From a virus: 30,076 bases of DNA. Of the stretch, positions 25,189 to 30,076 are shown one piece after another. Position numbers and translations under genes: made by a program. Position 1 is the stretch's first letter, and each line of letters opens with the position of its first letter. Where the stretch lies: the UHGV virus genome UHGV-1385480; one strand, given 5' to 3'. The notes under the pieces are model-generated. The model did no database searches. It was not told the DNA's origin and saw nothing but the letters and a program-made list of their open reading frames with translations.

Positions 25189-27093
25189 TTAGAACGATGT
25201 TACCCAGCTACGGCCTCTATTTGGGCGTCTGGCGATGTTTTGACGTTGCGGTCGTGTGATTGGCTTAGTTTCTTCGATTTGCTCGTCAGATTGCGTTTCA
25301 GGAGCTTTTACGGATTCTTCGACAACACGGTTTAAGCTGTCTTTCATTGCAATGAGTTTATCCCATGACATTTTTGAAAGGACGTAGCGAGAAGCCGCTG
25401 TAGCATACACGGCGCAGTCGAGCGCCTCGTTCCTAACGCCTGGGTTCTTTACCCATCTCACGCCAGTAGTAGTACGCTTGACAGATTCACTTAAAAGCTG
25501 ATCGAGATAATCATCAGGAACGGTGTCTGATATTTCTAAGCCAGTATGAGGATTATCTTTCAGGTTCCTAGCCAACATTTCACGAAATGCAGTTTTACCC
25601 ACGTTAACACCCAACATAAGCAATTCATGACCACCTGTGCGGGTAGGTTTAACCGGAATGATCGGAGCGTTACCAGCAGAACTACCTTTGATAGCGTGTA
25701 AGTTCTTCCACTTGCCGCAAATACGGTATCCAGCTTGAGTGAATCGACCGTTCGATGTATCAAGGAAGCTGGCGAGCATAGGAACACGATCACCCGATAC
25801 AGTAGTAAATTTGGTTTTATGGAAGTTGATTAATCTATCCCATACAGGGGATTCATATCGTTCACAGTTATGATCGTAAAAGCTGCGATGATCCAGAATA
25901 TAAATCTTATCCTTTGCCACGCCCATGATCGTAGTTTCTGCGCGATCTAATTGCTGGTCAGTACCCGCACACAAGAAAATCACGTCATCAGGGATATTCT
26001 CGATAGAAACATCTGTTTTGAGTTGTTCCAGTTCATTTGCTTCTACTGCCGTGTCCTGATCGTCGTATACCTTACCTAACACGGTGTTATAAAATGATTG
26101 TAAATCAAAGGATTGCCACGCATGACTAAAATCAACCACACAAGCGCGGATCGTGCTGAAAGGTGAATACAGACGACTGATCCAGAATCCTGCTACCTCA
26201 CTTTCACGGGTTGCTCTCCACTCGCCTTGCGCTACTGCCCTGATTCGTTCCCCTTCTGTCCATGATTGCTTACAGTGGGGGCAAATATAACGAGCAGTAT
26301 CAGGATCGGGTAAGTTCTTACCATCGATGTTACGCCATTCAAATTGAACGTTTTCCCACTCGATCACCTGGTGTCTACCGCAATGAGGACACGGAACAAA
26401 AAACATGCGCATATCGCTTGATAACCATTGCTGGTTAATGCTTCCCAGCTTACTGGTCGGGGTGCTGGATACGACTAATCGGCCTTCATCGCCAAAGGTA
26501 GTTAATCGGTTAGCAGCCAGTGCCACCGGATCACCTTCTTCTGAGGCTGTAGCAGCATCGATTTCGTCAAGCAATCCAACCTTTGCGGTCTTACCACGTA
26601 GGGTCGATGGACTGGTTAGCGATACCATGTACAGGAAGTGATTCGTTTTTAGCTGTAGCTGGTTATTGTTGTTAACCGCATTGCGATCATTCTTGTCTGT
26701 AACCACGTCTTTTAATGCATCACATGCTTCGATAGACGGTCGGATCTTACCAGCGAGATATTGAGACATTTCTTTAGCGGTTGATTGTCCGATAATCATA
26801 TTGCATGGATCGTTAGCCATCTGGTTAAACAGGATGCCGTTCAAGATGGTAGTCTTTCCGATCTGCGCACTGGTCATCAGAACATACTTTTTCTTGTTCT
26901 CAAGGAAAGGAGCATCAATCATACCTTTCTGGAATGACAGCAATTTAACTTTATCCCCAGCTTGAGGACCATCTACCAGCACCATATTAGCTTCGCACCA
27001 TTCAGAAGGAAGGAGTTTAGGCGGTGGCGTAATATATTTGGCTGCATTTCTGAGAATCTTTTTTAATTTGGCCTTATTAGAAATTAGTTTCAT
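25189..27093 (-). CDS. terminase large subunit, lambda GpA family
   Basis: 634 aa; motifs [56 protein letters not shown] and [15 protein letters not shown] line up with the recalled lambda gpA sequence. Confidence 0.9.
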   Translation of the reverse strand: MKLISNKAKLKKILRNAAKYITPPPKLLPSEWCEANMVLVDGPQAGDKVKLLSFQKGMIDAPFLENKKKYVLMTSAQIGKTTILNGILFNQMANDPCNMIIGQSTAKEMSQYLAGKIRPSIEACDALKDVVTDKNDRNAVNNNNQLQLKTNHFLYMVSLTSPSTLRGKTAKVGLLDEIDAATASEEGDPVALAANRLTTFGDEGRLVVSSTPTSKLGSINQQWLSSDMRMFFVPCPHCGRHQVIEWENVQFEWRNIDGKNLPDPDTARYICPHCKQSWTEGERIRAVAQGEWRATRESEVAGFWISRLYSPFSTIRACVVDFSHAWQSFDLQSFYNTVLGKVYDDQDTAVEANELEQLKTDVSIENIPDDVIFLCAGTDQQLDRAETTIMGVAKDKIYILDHRSFYDHNCERYESPVWDRLINFHKTKFTTVSGDRVPMLASFLDTSNGRFTQAGYRICGKWKNLHAIKGSSAGNAPIIPVKPTRTGGHELLMLGVNVGKTAFREMLARNLKDNPHTGLEISDTVPDDYLDQLLSESVKRTTTGVRWVKNPGVRNEALDCAVYATAASRYVLSKMSWDKLIAMKDSLNRVVEESVKAPETQSDEQIEETKPITRPQRQNIARRPNRGRSWVTSF

Positions 27094-27136
27094 GTAATTA
27101 CCCTCATTACGAAATATGAAGGTATTTATTAAATTG

Positions 27137-27164
27137 TTGATTTTTTGATAAATACGGGTATTAA
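27137..27164 (+). promoter_or_regulatory. candidate sigma70-type promoter for the divergent plus-strand unit
   Basis: TTGATT - 16 nt - TATTAA upstream of the AGGGGG SD and ATG 27181; read by eye only. Confidence 0.3.
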
Positions 27165-27180
27165 GATTTAAGGGGGTTGT

Positions 27181-27783
27181 ATGCTAATTAATCAGCAACA
27201 AAGAGATGAATTAGAATTAGCCTTGTCTTGTACCGATCATGAATATCGTTTGCCAGTAAAACATAAGCACTTAAGGACTGATTACACAACATCCGGTTTT
27301 AGCCGTGAGGAAGCGAAAGAGATTTTAATAGAATTTTACCGTGATAATGGTTATACAGACGTTCACAACTTCTTTAAGAAGCATAGAACATCACATACAG
27401 AGTTTCGGAGAGTCCGAGATTGGTTTGATTTTGATATCAAGCGTTATTATCGCATTGATGACGGTCCTATCTATAGGTTGCAGTGGAAGCCGATCCGAGA
27501 AGTGTTGAAACAGAAGAGATTGAATCACGCTATTACACGCTATCGTAACGTGGCTTTCAAGAAAGGCTATGGTGATACAAGGGAATTGTTTGTAGAACTC
27601 GCTAACGTGCGATATAGCCATTATTACAGGAATCCTAAAGGGTTCTTTGAAGTGCTTCGCAAGGTTGATATTAGTCGGGGTACATACTATTCACGGTTGA
27701 AGAAGTACGGGATTAAGGCAGAGTTCTTTATGTCGGTTGACGATGGAGAACTTTTTCCGATAAAATGTAAGTCCTCTAAATAA
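27181..27783 (+). CDS. hypothetical basic protein (200 aa)
   Basis: ATG with AAGGGGGT SD; Arg/Tyr/Lys-rich; no family recognised. Confidence 0.5.
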   Translation: MLINQQQRDELELALSCTDHEYRLPVKHKHLRTDYTTSGFSREEAKEILIEFYRDNGYTDVHNFFKKHRTSHTEFRRVRDWFDFDIKRYYRIDDGPIYRLQWKPIREVLKQKRLNHAITRYRNVAFKKGYGDTRELFVELANVRYSHYYRNPKGFFEVLRKVDISRGTYYSRLKKYGIKAEFFMSVDDGELFPIKCKSSK

Positions 27784-27818
27784 AGGTGAACATTCACTTT
27801 AATTTGGAGAAAATGACT

Positions 27819-28043
27819 ATGACTACTAAAGCTACTCGCGGTCGCCCTGCCCGTTTTAATCGTGAACAACTGGCAGCGATTGTAAAAGCGTACTATCAAG
27901 CGCCGAAAGGTAAAGCCGAAAAAGAACAAGTATTGAGCGAACACGGTATTTCAATTGCTCAATTCTACAAATCACTCCATAAAGTTGATTTGAAATTCTT
28001 TGTTCAGGTTGACGGTGAAATGGTAGAAGCAACAGGAATTTGA
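27819..28043 (+). CDS. small putative DNA-binding protein (74 aa)
   Basis: GGAGAA SD 7 nt before ATG 27819; TKATRGRPARFNREQLAAIVKAYYQ...GISIAQFYKSL looks like a helix-turn-helix segment; ends TGA followed by T. Confidence 0.4.
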   Translation: MTTKATRGRPARFNREQLAAIVKAYYQAPKGKAEKEQVLSEHGISIAQFYKSLHKVDLKFFVQVDGEMVEATGI

Positions 28044-28050
28044 TTCTCTA

Positions 28051-28079
28051 GGCCAATCCTTCGGGGTTGGCCTTTTTTT
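28051..28079 (+). terminator. intrinsic terminator of the plus-strand unit
   Basis: GGCCAATCC-TTCG-GGGTTGGCC (9-bp stem, UUCG tetraloop) followed by TTTTTTT. Confidence 0.7.
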
Positions 28080-28093
28080 ATACCTACAGATAT

Positions 28094-28118
28094 AAAAAAG
28101 CCCCTGAATTTCAGGGGC
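28094..28118 (-). terminator. intrinsic terminator after the Rha-family gene
   Basis: Palindrome GCCCCTGAA-T-TTCAGGGGC with a U-run on the minus-strand transcript; 8 nt beyond the stop at 28127-28129. Confidence 0.6.
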
Positions 28119-28126
28119 AAAAATTA

Positions 28127-28942
28127 TTACAGTCCGAAGTGTTCTAGCGATCCAACATTCTGACGGAGACGTTCAGCCGCTTTATTTTGAATCAGAATAG
28201 TGTTGTTCGGCTTAGGAAGATTCAGAGTTGCTTTTTGTTCTTCTTCCAGAACACCCAATTCAACCAGCACCGGAAGCACATCAACAGTAAAAGAAAGTTG
28301 ATAATGAGCGTTCATGCTGCAAAACGGTAAAGCGGAATCATTAGCAACATACCCACACGGCTTGTTATTTTCATCATAGACGCGCTCAATATATCCGGCA
28401 GTACGTAAGGCCGTCAGTGCTTCTTTAACCTTCGTAGCGCCCTTTTTAGCACCTAACAAACGCGTCATTGAATGGCTATCTACGGATTTGCGATGATGTA
28501 GAGTAATCAGTTGCTTGTTCTCGCGAGTTTTCTTTAACGCCAGTTCGATCCAATCGGTTTCTTCAAAGTCTGCATACGGGTTAACAGCTAAACGTTCCTG
28601 ACGCAGTTTTTCATTTTCTTCTCTCAGTCGTTTCCATTCCTGAATAACAACCATTCGACGCTTAACATCGTAACCAGTGACAAGAGTCAGCGTAAGTTCT
28701 TCGTCAAGGTGATATTCGGTTTGTTCGCGTCCATATTGGTCAAAAAAGATGCGTCCAAATTTGGACTCATCTAATTCAAGAGAAGTAAGCATAGTTTTAA
28801 TATCACGTTTAACATGCTTATGTTCTTTTCCGGTAAATTCAGCGATCTGACGAGAAGACATGGTCAGCGGTTTGGTGTTATCAACAACCAGAGACACAGA
28901 AGCAGTTTTAACAGCAGTATTCATAGTAGTAACAGTATTCAT
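28127..28942 (-). CDS. phage regulatory protein, Rha family (antirepressor-like)
   Basis: N-terminal LTMSSRQIAEFTGKEHKHVKRDIKTML matches the conserved Rha N-terminal domain signature; AAGGGGGA SD. Confidence 0.8.
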   Translation of the reverse strand: MNTVTTMNTAVKTASVSLVVDNTKPLTMSSRQIAEFTGKEHKHVKRDIKTMLTSLELDESKFGRIFFDQYGREQTEYHLDEELTLTLVTGYDVKRRMVVIQEWKRLREENEKLRQERLAVNPYADFEETDWIELALKKTRENKQLITLHHRKSVDSHSMTRLLGAKKGATKVKEALTALRTAGYIERVYDENNKPCGYVANDSALPFCSMNAHYQLSFTVDVLPVLVELGVLEEEQKATLNLPKPNNTILIQNKAAERLRQNVGSLEHFGL

Positions 28943-29031
28943 AGTAAAATCCCCCTTAAACGGTTTAGTGATGATCCTCCTAGTTCCGGCATCACTACCG
29001 GAACAATTTTATTTATAAAGAAATTTTTATC

Positions 29032-29178
29032 TCATTTAGATTCAGCAATCGCGCGAGCAATTTCTTCTTGAATGCGACGCTGGCGTTCATGGAAGTCAAC
29101 CATTGAGAAATTCAGGTTTGGGGTCCACGGTTTGCGGTTCGGGTTTTTACGTCCATCAATTTTCTTGGTAGTGTTCAT
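29032..29178 (-). CDS. candidate 48-aa basic protein, first ORF of an early transcript
   Basis: ATG 29178 with AGAGGA SD 8 nt upstream; MNTTKKIDGRKNPNRKPWTPNLNFSMVDFHERQRRIQEEIARAIAESK; below the track cutoff. Confidence 0.35.
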   Translation of the reverse strand: MNTTKKIDGRKNPNRKPWTPNLNFSMVDFHERQRRIQEEIARAIAESK

Positions 29179-29236
29179 AATTAACATCCTCTTTACAAAT
29201 CTAGGTCAAATAGGTTCAAAGATGTCAAGTGCGATA

Positions 29237-29265
29237 ATCATAAAAAAGTCATAAATTTTTGTCAA
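29237..29265 (-). promoter_or_regulatory. candidate strong sigma70 promoter (minus strand) within a TTGAC-repeat region
   Basis: On the minus strand TTGACA - 17 nt - TATGAT; several further TTGAC/GTCAA copies lie between 29203 and 29296. Confidence 0.45.
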
Positions 29266-29300
29266 TACCCCTTGACAAGACGCCAAAGGGTTGACCTAAC

Positions 29301-29768
29301 TTACAGCATATCTAAGCCTTCATCGTAACCGTAGAAGCCATTCTGAGAAGAGAAACAGATTGGAGCGTAGTCTTCGTCTTCTTCGTCTTGTTCATCTTGT
29401 TCTGGGGCTTCCTGAGCGGTTTCTTTGCCGTAGTTAAACATTGCTTCATCCAGTTCATAGACAGTAACGAAGCTACCCAGATCAATGTCACCGGAACGGA
29501 CTTGAAACGGCAGATCATCACGGACAATAATTGCTGGTATATCCTGGTACTTTAAGCGTTCTTCATCGGTGAAGCAGTTAACAACGATGGTCGGCTTCTT
29601 ATTACGGCAAAACGCATACCATGCACTAGAGAAATGGGATTCATCAGAATTGAAAAGGATGTTATAACCACGTTCACGGAACATCTTCATTAACTTGTCA
29701 TTGTGGAAGCTATCAGCATCAAAACCTAACAGGATGAAAGGAGTAGTGGTAGTCATTTTATGGTTCAT
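29301..29768 (-). CDS. hypothetical protein with strongly acidic C-terminal tail (155 aa)
   Basis: ATG 29768 with AGAGGA SD; C-terminus EAPEQDEQDEEDEDYAPI...YGYDEGLDML. Confidence 0.5.
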   Translation of the reverse strand: MNHKMTTTTPFILLGFDADSFHNDKLMKMFRERGYNILFNSDESHFSSAWYAFCRNKKPTIVVNCFTDEERLKYQDIPAIIVRDDLPFQVRSGDIDLGSFVTVYELDEAMFNYGKETAQEAPEQDEQDEEDEDYAPICFSSQNGFYGYDEGLDML

Positions 29769-30076
29769 AGTGGAAATCCTCTAAAAGAAAGTGAATCAAT
29801 CTAATATTATTTATAAAGAGAAAATTCTTGTTATTATGAAAGGTGATTGTATTCAGTCGGGCAAAGCCCTCCTTCATGATTTGATTAAATCATCATCAAA
29901 ACGAAGAAGTATCTTTAGAATATAAGAATCTTTCTTTTGGAGAAATAATAATCAGGAAGCAATTTAGCAACCGAAGGTTGCAATCCCGAAGGGATACCAA
30001 TACCTTTCTAGAAAGTGATTGATACTCACTTCGTTCGTTTACTAGAATCAGTTAGTAACTAGTATTAAATCCCTTT

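Noticed and set aside
21218-26641. Embedded ORFs in the head module (21218-21664, 21840-22085, 22089-22549, 24025-24339, 24441-24632, 25560-25793, 26405-26641)
   Set aside because: Antisense or alternative-frame shadows of the capsid, portal and terminase genes; the Ser- or Phe-rich translations at 22089-22549 are the complement of the Glu-rich scaffold linker.
27391-29527. ORFs 27391-27621, 27687-27944, 28814-29071, 29072-29254 and 29312-29527
   Set aside because: Overlap better-supported genes on the other strand or fall in the promoter/leader region without a start context.
1-30076. tRNA genes, CRISPR arrays, insertion sequences
   Set aside because: No cloverleaf-like conserved T-loop or anticodon-stem patterns, no regularly spaced direct repeats with unique spacers, and no transposase-like ORF with terminal inverted repeats were seen by eye.

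Overview
This window reads as one arm of a tailed, siphovirus-type phage or prophage with a lambda-like morphogenesis module. No tRNA genes or CRISPR arrays were seen. All calls come from reading the sequence and recalled family signatures; no database search or structure prediction was run.

Layout:
- 95-3537 (+): accessory arm with small unknown proteins, a Sec-exported protein and a large serine recombinase (1596-3275).
- 3574-3807: convergent terminators.
- 3810-5711 (-): lysis-like cassette with an M15-type peptidoglycan peptidase and small membrane proteins.
- 5816-27093 (-): one long structural operon, transcribed from high to low coordinates: GpA-type large terminase, W-like protein, portal, a protease-scaffold-capsid fusion, connector proteins, a 277-aa fibre-associated protein, a 1176-aa tail fibre with a C-terminal S74-type chaperone, tail tube, tail chaperones, tape measure, three minor tail proteins and a gpI-gpJ fusion central fibre.
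- 27181-28043 (+): divergent unit with two proteins.
- 28127-29768 (-): early/regulatory arm with a Rha-family regulator.

Most interesting observation: the major capsid gene and the tail tube gene are the only minus-strand genes that end in TGA (all others end in TAA). In both, the TGA is followed by A and by an in-frame 41-42 codon extension encoding a Pro/Glu-rich linker plus a conserved lysine-rich tail, then TAA and a near-identical terminator. This looks like a duplicated programmed UGA-readthrough cassette that would add a basic C-terminal tag to a fraction of capsid and tail-tube subunits.

Other notable points: a candidate -1 frameshift at a shifty stop (A AAG UAA) joining the two tail chaperone ORFs, an in-frame internal start that could produce capsid protein alone, a paralogous hairpin element with compensatory stem changes, and a recurring AAGGGGGT Shine-Dalgarno (SD) variant.
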